A stretch of 53,687 bases of DNA from a virus. Lineage: Duplodnaviria > Caudoviricetes. The DNA is taken from positions 1 to 53,687 of IMG/VR virus record IMGVR_UViG_3300037462_000020. One strand, written 5' to 3'. The position numbers were made by a program, and so were the translations under genes. The notes beneath the pieces are model-generated. The model was not told the DNA's origin. It saw only the letters and a list, made by a program, of their open reading frames with translations, and ran no database searches. This document shows, one piece after another, positions 46,039 through 53,687 of this stretch (within the stretch, counting starts at the first letter, position 1; the number at the start of each line of letters is the position of its first letter).

Positions 46039-46462
46039 TCATCACAAGACCCTGATGAACATTGCATGGGCGCACTCTTCGATGAGCCGAGATCCCTCGA
46101 CCAAGGTGGGCGCTGTCATCGTCGATCAAGGCCGCATTGTGTCTTGGGGATACAATCATGTTCCTGAACAGATTCCCCACACCGAAGACATGCTGCACGA
46201 TCGGGAATGGAAATATCCAAGGGTGATCCACGCAGAGCATCACGCGATGTCGCAGATCGGAGTTCATCGACTCAAGTATCCGATCATGTATGTGACGCAC
46301 CATCCCTGCGAACGGTGCGCCGCTGCGATCATTCATGGTGGCATTCGTGAAGTCTACACTCACAGGCCGCCGAGTGAGATGCTGGATCGGTGGCCGGGAA
46401 TGAAGATCGCTGCGGAAATGTTCCTCGAAGCGAAGATTCCGCTGACTTTCGTAGAACTTTAG
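46031..46462 (+). CDS. dCMP deaminase
   Basis: S.DPSTKVGAVI, GYN, HAE and PC.RC motifs. Confidence 0.92.
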   Translation: MSDHHKTLMNIAWAHSSMSRDPSTKVGAVIVDQGRIVSWGYNHVPEQIPHTEDMLHDREWKYPRVIHAEHHAMSQIGVHRLKYPIMYVTHHPCERCAAAIIHGGIREVYTHRPPSEMLDRWPGMKIAAEMFLEAKIPLTFVEL

Positions 46463-46465
46463 CCA

Positions 46466-46494
46466 TTGTCTCGGCGGTGTCAAGCGGCTACTGT
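46466..46494 (+). promoter_or_regulatory. sigma70-type promoter
   Basis: TTGTCT-17-TACTGT. Confidence 0.6.
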
Positions 46495-46519
46495 AAAAGC
46501 CAACTAGAAGGTTCCCATC

Positions 46520-47161
46520 ATGCAATATCATCCCGAATACGATGTCTGGTTCATGGGGCATGGAGATCCCTATGTCTTCACCGAGCAGCGTCGTGATTAT
46601 GGTCGTGTCGCTGAACGGGCCAAGGGTGCTCGTGTCCTGGACTTCGGCGCTCACTGCGGCTTCTTCAACGTGTTTCTAAGTCGCAGCTTCGAGCCCGCCT
46701 CGATCATCTCGGTGGAGCCGGATCGTCGCATGGAAGAGGTTCTGAAGAAGAACGTTCGTCCAGGAACTGAACTGATCATGGCCGCTGTCGTCGATCAGAC
46801 GTATCCCGAGATGTTCATTCCACTGTATCTCGGAAAGACTTTCTCGGCCACCAACTCCATCGAGCCGTTCCGCGGTCGCGAGGAAGTTCAGGTGCCCGTG
46901 GTTCACTTCCAGGAACTTCTGGCAACTGGTGTGAATTTCATCAAGTGTGACTGCGAAGGTGGCGAGTATTCTCTGGACTGGTCCAATCTTCCGACCGAGG
47001 TTCACACCATCGCCATCGAGTTTCACTTCCACCGCCCTTCTTGGGCTACCGAGATGGAGAACATCAACGGTCGTCTTGTCTCTCAGGGCTTCCGTTTTGT
47101 TCGTCGGCCGAAAGTCAACAATTTCCGGAAAGTGGACACGGGGCTCTATGTCAGAGGCTAG
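46520..47161 (+). CDS. FkbM-family SAM-dependent methyltransferase
   Basis: VLDFGAHCG.F, VEPD, IKCDCEGGEY and IEFH motifs. Confidence 0.85.
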   Translation: MQYHPEYDVWFMGHGDPYVFTEQRRDYGRVAERAKGARVLDFGAHCGFFNVFLSRSFEPASIISVEPDRRMEEVLKKNVRPGTELIMAAVVDQTYPEMFIPLYLGKTFSATNSIEPFRGREEVQVPVVHFQELLATGVNFIKCDCEGGEYSLDWSNLPTEVHTIAIEFHFHRPSWATEMENINGRLVSQGFRFVRRPKVNNFRKVDTGLYVRG

Positions 47162-47585
47162 TATGAAGTCGGTGCTGACGAGGGCGCTGTCTTCGTTGGA
47201 CCCTGTCTGTATCGAAAGCCCAAAGACAGGGCTGGGAATTCCCGACGTCAATTTCATTGGAGGATGGTTCGAATGCAAGAATCTGGATGCGTGGCCAAAG
47301 GGAGCGGACACCAATCCGGTGAAGTTCAAGCATCCTCTATCGAAAGAGCAGGGGATCTGGCTATACCGGAGAGCGAGAGCGGGTGGCTTCGCGATGGTCT
47401 GCGCGAAGGTTTCGTGCTCGTGGTTCTTCTTCGACGGAATGTGGATCAAAGATAGATGGGACAAGATGACACGGCAGGACATGATCTTGGAAGCGGATCT
47501 GTATATGCCGAACAAGCTGGAGAAGGAACGGCTGCTGAAATTCATTGCAGAGCGGTCGGAGAACTCACGCCTCGCGAGAAGCTGA
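47148..47585 (+). CDS. PD-(D/E)xK nuclease (VRR-NUC/resolvase-like)
   Basis: IE....GIPD.....W.E.K...EQ..W...R...GG motif. Confidence 0.8.
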   Translation: MSEASMKSVLTRALSSLDPVCIESPKTGLGIPDVNFIGGWFECKNLDAWPKGADTNPVKFKHPLSKEQGIWLYRRARAGGFAMVCAKVSCSWFFFDGMWIKDRWDKMTRQDMILEADLYMPNKLEKERLLKFIAERSENSRLARS

Positions 47586-47884
47586 TTCTCTACAGGCGTC
47601 GGCTGGAGTTCAGTCAAGAACAGATGGCCGCGCTGTTCGGTATTCACCGAGAGACCTATGGCAGAATTGAAAGGGGACAAATTCCCCAGACGGAAGATGT
47701 CGTTGGTGATCTCGGCGGGCTGCGCGACCATGAGAAGTGCTATATTCTCAGGAAGCGTTCCGGAAGAAGGCAAATAGAATGCGCTCAGGAAATGGGCGTC
47801 ACGAGGTTCTGGTTCAATCAGATGGAACTTGGCAAGGTTCCCTGCGAGCCACTTATCGAATACTGGAGAAGCCATGCAGGGTGA
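47456..47884 (+). CDS. tandem XRE-type HTH protein (start uncertain)
   Basis: RRRLEFSQEQMA..FGI.RETY.RIERG and a second R..Q.E.A..MGV......E.G. Confidence 0.75.
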   Translation: MGQDDTAGHDLGSGSVYAEQAGEGTAAEIHCRAVGELTPREKLILYRRRLEFSQEQMAALFGIHRETYGRIERGQIPQTEDVVGDLGGLRDHEKCYILRKRSGRRQIECAQEMGVTRFWFNQMELGKVPCEPLIEYWRSHAG

Positions 47885-50258
47885 CAGCAAGAGAGCAGTA
47901 GAGTTCCTCAAGAAATGGAACCCGAATGGTCCTTGGGTTCTTACGAGTATCAGCACTGATCGCAAGGGTATCACGACCACGACCTTCACTCCGTCGGAGG
48001 AGAAGGAACTGCTCTCTTGGCTGAACAAATTCAACGGCGATCGCAACATCTACTTCTCCGTCAACACGGTGAAGGGCAAGGCAACGAGCAAGGCCAACAA
48101 GGAAGACATTTCTTCTGCCGAATGGCTGCACGTTGATATCGACCCCGCCGATGGTCAAGATCTCAAGGAAGAGCGTGAGCGGGCGCTGTCCACTCTTACG
48201 GATCGTCTGCCCAAGGGAGTTCCCGAGCCGACCTGCATCGTGTTCTCGGGCGGCGGCTTCCAGGCTTTCTGGAAACTCAAGAAGCCCGTGGTCATTGATG
48301 GTGACATCGCCAAGGCCGAGGAGTTCGAACTCTACAACAAGCGTCTGGAGCAGATCTTCGGAGGCGATCACTGCCACAACGTCGACCGCATCATGCGCCT
48401 TCCTGGGACAGTCAACGTTCCTGACGCCAAGAAGCGTAAGAAGGGCCGTGTTGAGGAACTGGCGGCGCTGCTCCAGTTCACCAAGAATGAGTATGATCTC
48501 GAGCAATTCAAAAAGGCAGCGGGAGTTCAGATCTCGAGCGGCAGTTCGGCTCGTGATGGTGGCGATTACGGTCAGAACCTTGACATTCCCGGTAATGTGG
48601 AACGCATCCAAGATCTTTCAGAATTGGATGCGTGGAACGTTCCAGATCGTGTCAAGATTATCGTTGCTCAGGGTATGCACCCTGATCAGCCCAAGAAGGA
48701 TGACAACTCTCGCTCGGCGTGGCTCTTCGATTGCGTCTGCTCTCTGGTTCGCTGTGGAGTTCCGGACGCAGTCATCTATTCTCTGATCACTGACGCTGAT
48801 TGGGGCATCGCCTCCTCTGTTGTTGAGTTGAAAGGTGGCGCTGATCGGTATGCTCGCAGGCAGATCAAGCGAGCCAAGGAGTATTGCGAGGATCCGAACC
48901 TTACAACGATGAATGATCGACATGCGGTCATTGGCAACATCGGTGGAAAGTGCCGTGTTATTGAAGAGATTACCGACGAGGTTCTCCACCGCAGCCGTAT
49001 CACATTGTCTTCGTTCGAGGACATTCGCAACCGATATGGTCACATTCAGGTTCAGGTCGGCACGACGGACAAGGGTCTGCCAATCATGCAGTCTCTCGGC
49101 AAGTATTGGCTGAACAGTCCGAACCGCCGACAGTATGACACCATGAAGTTCATGCCTCAGGGTGATCGTCCGGGTGTCTACAATCTATGGCGCGGCTTCA
49201 ACGTAGAGCCTCGCCCCGGCGACTGTTCTCTGTATCTCGCGCACATTCGTGACAACGTCTGCTCTGGCCGTGAGGACTATTACAAATATGTGATCAACTG
49301 GCTGGCGCGGACTGTTCAGACTCCAGCTTCTCCTGGCGAAGTCGCGATCGTTCTTCGTGGTGGCAAAGGCACAGGGAAGTCGTTGTTTGCCACTCTCTTT
49401 GGGCGTCTATTCGGAAGGCACTTTCTGCATGTCGCGAACCCGTCGCATCTTGTTGGGAACTTCAACGCTCACCTGCGGGACGTCATCCCGCTTTTCGCCG
49501 ACGAAGCTTTCTTCGCTGGCGACAAACGACACGAATCTGTTCTCAAGATGCTCGTCACAGAAGACTCCATTCCCATTGAAGCAAAAGGAGTCGACGTCGA
49601 GACGTATCCGAACTACGTCCACCTGATCATGGCTTCCAACGACCCGCACGTCATTCGGGCAACCGGAGACGAACGCAGGTATTTCGTTCTGGATATGGGC
49701 GAGAACAGAAAGCAGGACAAAGCCTATTTCAAGGCCCTGATCGACCAGATGGAGAACGGCGGCTACGAGGCCCTTCTCTACTTCCTGCAATCTGTTGACT
49801 TGACCGACTTCCAGGTTCGTGACGTTCCTGAGACTGACGCTCTGCAAGAACAAAAGCTGCTGTCCATGAGCATCGACGAAGAGTGGTGGTATAGAAAACT
49901 GCAGAACGGGCGTATTCTGGATCACGACGCTAAGTGGGAACGCAACGTTCTCTGCGACGCAGTTACTCACGACTTCACCAGTTATGCTGAGAAATGGAAA
50001 TTCTCACGTCGTGGAAACGAAACGGCTCTAGGTCGTTTCCTTTCCAGGGTCTGTCCACACATCACCAAGTCTCAGCGGAGAACACTCGTCGAGGAGCCTG
50101 ATGAACACGGTCGGCCCAAGAGGGTAGCGAAGCGATCCTATCACTACGACTTCGGCACTCTTGATCAGTGTCGTGAAGCATGGTCCAAGATTTACGGCAA
50201 GATCGACTGGATGGAGCCGGTTCAGCTAGAACTAGATCAGCCTGAAGAACCATTCTGA
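47874..50258 (+). CDS. primase-helicase (RepB-like primase plus SF3 helicase)
   Basis: HVDID, SGGG.QAFW, RIMRLPGT.N, G.KGTGKS, FADEA and ERRYF motifs. Confidence 0.9.
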   Translation: MQGDSKRAVEFLKKWNPNGPWVLTSISTDRKGITTTTFTPSEEKELLSWLNKFNGDRNIYFSVNTVKGKATSKANKEDISSAEWLHVDIDPADGQDLKEERERALSTLTDRLPKGVPEPTCIVFSGGGFQAFWKLKKPVVIDGDIAKAEEFELYNKRLEQIFGGDHCHNVDRIMRLPGTVNVPDAKKRKKGRVEELAALLQFTKNEYDLEQFKKAAGVQISSGSSARDGGDYGQNLDIPGNVERIQDLSELDAWNVPDRVKIIVAQGMHPDQPKKDDNSRSAWLFDCVCSLVRCGVPDAVIYSLITDADWGIASSVVELKGGADRYARRQIKRAKEYCEDPNLTTMNDRHAVIGNIGGKCRVIEEITDEVLHRSRITLSSFEDIRNRYGHIQVQVGTTDKGLPIMQSLGKYWLNSPNRRQYDTMKFMPQGDRPGVYNLWRGFNVEPRPGDCSLYLAHIRDNVCSGREDYYKYVINWLARTVQTPASPGEVAIVLRGGKGTGKSLFATLFGRLFGRHFLHVANPSHLVGNFNAHLRDVIPLFADEAFFAGDKRHESVLKMLVTEDSIPIEAKGVDVETYPNYVHLIMASNDPHVIRATGDERRYFVLDMGENRKQDKAYFKALIDQMENGGYEALLYFLQSVDLTDFQVRDVPETDALQEQKLLSMSIDEEWWYRKLQNGRILDHDAKWERNVLCDAVTHDFTSYAEKWKFSRRGNETALGRFLSRVCPHITKSQRRTLVEEPDEHGRPKRVAKRSYHYDFGTLDQCREAWSKIYGKIDWMEPVQLELDQPEEPF

Positions 50259-50287
50259 TTTTCGCCGAAACCGCGCCGTGCTACACT
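50259..50287 (+). promoter_or_regulatory. possible sigma70-type promoter
   Basis: TTTTCG-17-TACACT with TGC before the -10. Confidence 0.45.
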
Positions 50288-50317
50288 ATTGTCATGACGC
50301 CAAACGGAGCCCGCCTG

Positions 50318-50450
50318 ATGCCCTTGCGCCTTGGCCGCACCCTTACCCCTGCCAAGGCCCGCAAGGCCCCCCGCTGGCCGCGCCTGTGGCCGCGCTGGCC
50401 GCACCCTAGCCCATTGGCCCGCCACCAACAGCACCACAGATGTCCAAGGA
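50318..50450 (+). repeat. GA/TC-free conserved element, copy C
   Basis: No GA/TC at 50318-50439; ACCCTTACC at 50339; GCCACCAACA-N5-ACAG-N2-GTCCA at 50421. Confidence 0.85.
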
Positions 50451-51384
50451 AACAGTCATGAAGCCAATGCTCGCCTGTAAGTTCGATAAATCGCTGGTCG
50501 AACGTCAACTTCCCGTCCTCGCGCAGCCGAAATTGGACGGTATTCGCCTTCTGATTCGCGACGGAATCGCGTGGACTCGCAGCTTGAAGCCGCTTCGGTC
50601 GACATGGCTCCAGTCTTGGGTCGCGAACCACAAGAGACAGCTTGAGGGGCTGGACCTTGAGGTTGTCACAGGTGACCCTCTGGCTCCTGACGCATATCGT
50701 CGGACCAGTTCGGCGGTAATGTCCTATGACAATCAGGACGCACTGAACTCCAAGTTCTATGTGTTCGACAAGTGGGACTCGGCCGAGCCGTATGTCGACA
50801 GGTTCTGGGAGATTTCCAACACCGAACTTCCGACATTCTGCGAAGTGCTGGAGACCGTGACTGTCAGCACGATGGAACTGCTTCTGGAATACGAAGCAGG
50901 ACTGCTCGCTCGTGGGCATGAAGGTGTCATCCTTCGCGATCCACATGGATACTACAAGTTCGGAAGATCGACGCCCAAGGAAGGGACGCTCATCAAGATG
51001 AAGCAGTTCCTGGACACCGAAGCCACGATCACCACCGTTCATGAACTGAGGCACAACGCCAATGAGCAGACAACCAACGAACTCGGATATGCCGAGAGAT
51101 CTGGACACCAAGAGAACCTCATCCCGATGGACACACTTGGAGCGATTCAATGTGTCGGCTACTGGCCGGATGGTTCAGAGTATGAAGTTCGCATCGGCAC
51201 CGGCTTCGATGAAGAAACTCGGTTGCGACTCTGGCGCGACAGAGACCGACTGATCGGGAAGATTGTCAAGTTCAAATATTTCCCGACCGGTGCGAAGGAG
51301 GCTCCGCGCTTTCCTGTGTTCTTGGGCTTCCGTGATGCCGACGACATGGACGCCGGACAGGCTCAACAACTGAGTTTGTTCTGA
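50440..51384 (+). CDS. ATP-dependent DNA ligase
   Basis: KLDGIR, EGVILR, K.K.F.D, GTGF and PRFPVF motifs; start may be 50458. Confidence 0.93.
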   Translation: MSKETVMKPMLACKFDKSLVERQLPVLAQPKLDGIRLLIRDGIAWTRSLKPLRSTWLQSWVANHKRQLEGLDLEVVTGDPLAPDAYRRTSSAVMSYDNQDALNSKFYVFDKWDSAEPYVDRFWEISNTELPTFCEVLETVTVSTMELLLEYEAGLLARGHEGVILRDPHGYYKFGRSTPKEGTLIKMKQFLDTEATITTVHELRHNANEQTTNELGYAERSGHQENLIPMDTLGAIQCVGYWPDGSEYEVRIGTGFDEETRLRLWRDRDRLIGKIVKFKYFPTGAKEAPRFPVFLGFRDADDMDAGQAQQLSLF

Positions 51385-51501
51385 TGGAAGCTGGAGTCTA
51401 TACCGCTCGTGGAATTCACGAACTCGGCCAGATGGTGAGCAGTCTGGCTCAGCAGGGATTTCGTATTGTTGCTGTGATAGATACGCAGAACGGAGACTAC
51501 C

Positions 51502-51780
51502 ATGTCGTCGCCCAGAGAGATGAACCACGACATTCTGGCTGACAAGATTCGCAAGGCGATGGGAGGTCGGCCTCCCGTCGCTGCCCGTGAGAAATGGGCC
51601 GAGTTCGTTCGAACTCGTGGCACTCGCTTCGTCATGCGCTATGAGTGGATTCAGGACAATCGATTCTACAAGTGGGTCTGGGACAATCAGGATACCCTTG
51701 ATATTGAAGACGGAACCGAATGGTTCGGAGTTTTCATATGGGAACCTCAAGACATGGTCACGCCGCCTTCTCCAAGCTAA
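51502..51780 (+). CDS. hypothetical protein
   Basis: RBS GGAG. Confidence 0.65.
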   Translation: MSSPREMNHDILADKIRKAMGGRPPVAAREKWAEFVRTRGTRFVMRYEWIQDNRFYKWVWDNQDTLDIEDGTEWFGVFIWEPQDMVTPPSPS

Positions 51781-51810
51781 CCTGTGTTAGTGCCTGCATT
51801 GGAGACCAGC

Positions 51811-52290
51811 ATGAGCAGAATCGTATTTGTTGGACAACAGCCTTCTCGATACGAGGACGAGGGCTTTGTTCTGCCCGTTCGTCCTGGAAGTTCCGGCGAC
51901 CGCATCGTCAGAATGATGGGTGTCACCGAACAGGCGTTTCGTGAGAACTTCGACTGTATCAATGTGAGTGCCCGCTACGACCCCGACGGTTTCTCGCCTA
52001 TCTACCATACCAAGGAAGTTCTGAATCTGCGTTCTCTGCTTCGCGGACGCAAGGTTGTTCTCCTTGGGCCAGCCGTTGCGGAAGCTTTCGAGATCGAGCG
52101 GACGAAATACCACTGGTGCGACTGGTTCGATCATCCCAAGTGGGAGGAACACCACGGTCTGTTCAGCGTGATTCCGCATCCGTCTGGCGCGAACAGGCTC
52201 TACAACAATCCCGAGATATTCGAGATGGTGAGAACACATCTCGATTTCATGTGGCAGCAGCGAGATCAGAGGAAGGAATATGTGATGTGA
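51811..52290 (+). CDS. uracil-DNA glycosylase superfamily protein
   Basis: FVGQQPS, VVLLG..VA and IPHPSG.NR.YN motifs. Confidence 0.75.
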   Translation: MSRIVFVGQQPSRYEDEGFVLPVRPGSSGDRIVRMMGVTEQAFRENFDCINVSARYDPDGFSPIYHTKEVLNLRSLLRGRKVVLLGPAVAEAFEIERTKYHWCDWFDHPKWEEHHGLFSVIPHPSGANRLYNNPEIFEMVRTHLDFMWQQRDQRKEYVM

Positions 52291-52946
52291 CTGAATGTGA
52301 ATTTCAGATTGGTGATCTCGTTCGGTTGAAAACCGGAGAGTCGCCACAGAAAGTGCTGGACATTCGGAGATCTACCCGATACGAAGGATATGAACTCAAG
52401 TGTGCATATCTCTCTGATGTTCACTACCACGCCAGAATCGGTGACCCCGATGGCGTCTATGCAAGAAAGTGGCGAACGGCGACTGACTTCGTTCGCTACG
52501 TCGAAGAACCCCTGAAACAACTTCCTGGAGAGGAAATCATCGTGCCTGATCTGTATCAACTCAAGAAAGAACCGAACCGCTTCGGCACCGTCCTGCAGAA
52601 CTCCGCCGGACAGGCGCTTCGCAACTCCACTGGACACATCGTCCTGGAAATGAAGGGCGAAGGCGGCAAGGTCGAGGCGTTCCCCGAGGATGAACTCGAA
52701 CTGGTGACGCCGTTCACCGTGAAACTGCATCGTCTGACCGTCGGCGGTGGCGAGAAGACCGACTCCCAGATCGACGTGATCGCCGAAAACGGTCAGGTTC
52801 AGAAGGACGATGTTCTTCTGGAACTGAACAGCGGTCATCTGTGGAGGGTCACGGCGCTGGACACGAAGTGCCGTTCGGCGAAAGAGAACCGCTCCAAGTG
52901 GATCAAGATCGCCACCGAGACCATCAAGTTCGGTTCGAACGAATAA
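52287..52946 (+). CDS. hypothetical protein
   Basis: GTGA coupling; N-terminal F.IGD.V.LKTG.SP SH3-like motif; may have an internal start. Confidence 0.6.
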   Translation: MTECEFQIGDLVRLKTGESPQKVLDIRRSTRYEGYELKCAYLSDVHYHARIGDPDGVYARKWRTATDFVRYVEEPLKQLPGEEIIVPDLYQLKKEPNRFGTVLQNSAGQALRNSTGHIVLEMKGEGGKVEAFPEDELELVTPFTVKLHRLTVGGGEKTDSQIDVIAENGQVQKDDVLLELNSGHLWRVTALDTKCRSAKENRSKWIKIATETIKFGSNE

Positions 52947-53014
52947 CTGAACTGGTCACAGGCCAAGTCTCCGGGGTATGCTGTAGGCATAGCATAACCC
53001 CGGAGGCTACCGAA

Positions 53015-53687
53015 GTGACCATATTCTTTCAGAACCACGGACTGATCGACCTCGACGTCATCCGAACGATGGGTGTGTCGGTCAAGAACTCGAAGAGCCC
53101 GATCGGCTACTTCGGCACGGGCTTGAAATTCGCCCTTGCGACGCTGCTCCGCACCGGACACAAGATCACCCTTGAACGCGGCGGCGACCTGATCGAGTTC
53201 CGCACCGTGACCAAGGAAATTCGCGGCGCTGAATTTCAGATGATCATGATGGGCGACGAGCAACTCGCGTTCACGACGGAACTCGGCAAGAACTGGGAAG
53301 TCTGGCAGGCGTATCGCGAACTCCATGCGAATACGCTCGATGAAAACGGCTCCATCAGCCGTCAGCCCAAAGACATCGGGCCGAACTGCACCACGTTCAT
53401 GATCTCCGGCGAGGAGATTGAATCTGTCTTCGATGACAGATTCAAAATCTTTCTGGCCAGCGATCCTTCTTGGGTTGTCGATGGACTGGAAATTCACCGT
53501 GGAGCGAGTTCCTACCTCTACTATCGTGGCGTTCGTGTGGCGCAGCTTCCCAAGCCGACCGCGTTCACCTACAACTTCACGATGCCGATGAGGCTTACCG
53601 AGGATCGCAACCTCGACTCCATGTATGACGCGAACTACAAGATCAGCACTCGGATTCCGATGGTCGCTGATCCTGAGTTCTGTCGAC
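53015..53687 (+). CDS. GHKL (HSP90-like) ATPase, rIIA-like; 3'-truncated
   Basis: RBS GGAGG, GTG start; MG.S.K....IG.FGTGLK.A and A.REL..N..DE motifs; open to the window end, so absent from the ORF track. Confidence 0.75.
   Translation, partial: MTIFFQNHGLIDLDVIRTMGVSVKNSKSPIGYFGTGLKFALATLLRTGHKITLERGGDLIEFRTVTKEIRGAEFQMIMMGDEQLAFTTELGKNWEVWQAYRELHANTLDENGSISRQPKDIGPNCTTFMISGEEIESVFDDRFKIFLASDPSWVVDGLEIHRGASSYLYYRGVRVAQLPKPTAFTYNFTMPMRLTEDRNLDSMYDANYKISTRIPMVADPEFCR

Noticed and set aside
47456-47884. Lysogeny repressor or prophage
   Set aside because: No integrase, att site, divergent switch or host genes are visible. The HTH gene is embedded in the replication operon.

Overview
The window covers most of a tailed dsDNA siphophage genome with all real genes on the + strand. 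Gene content resembles YuA/M6/phiJL001-type phages, and the promoter style suggests a proteobacterial, possibly alphaproteobacterial, host. Gene order: terminase small subunit, a 2.8 kb block of small early-type genes, terminase large subunit, portal, scaffold, an inserted head-fibre-like module, capsid, neck, tail tube, tail chaperone with a -1 frameshift, tape measure, tail tip and lysis genes. These are followed by an HNH endonuclease, helicases, an SSB-like protein, class II RNR, a thymidine-hypermodification cluster, DNA polymerase A, primase-helicase, ligase, a UDG-like protein and a GHKL ATPase. The modification cluster holds a 5-hmdU DNA kinase, a GT-B glycosyltransferase, a dUMP-type thymidylate synthase homolog, HD and MazG-like hydrolases, dCMP deaminase and an FkbM methyltransferase. 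The most unusual signal is compositional. GA/TC dinucleotides are abundant throughout, yet discrete islands lack them completely: 1477-2098, 18327-18465, 28728-28873, 30348-30432, 42987-43128 and 50318-50439. The largest island holds a whole gene encoding no Asp or Glu. Three islands are copies of a conserved ~140-bp element with fixed motif spacing. My inference is that these are modification-free windows in a genome hypermodified at TC steps. All family assignments are from motif recognition by eye, not database searches.
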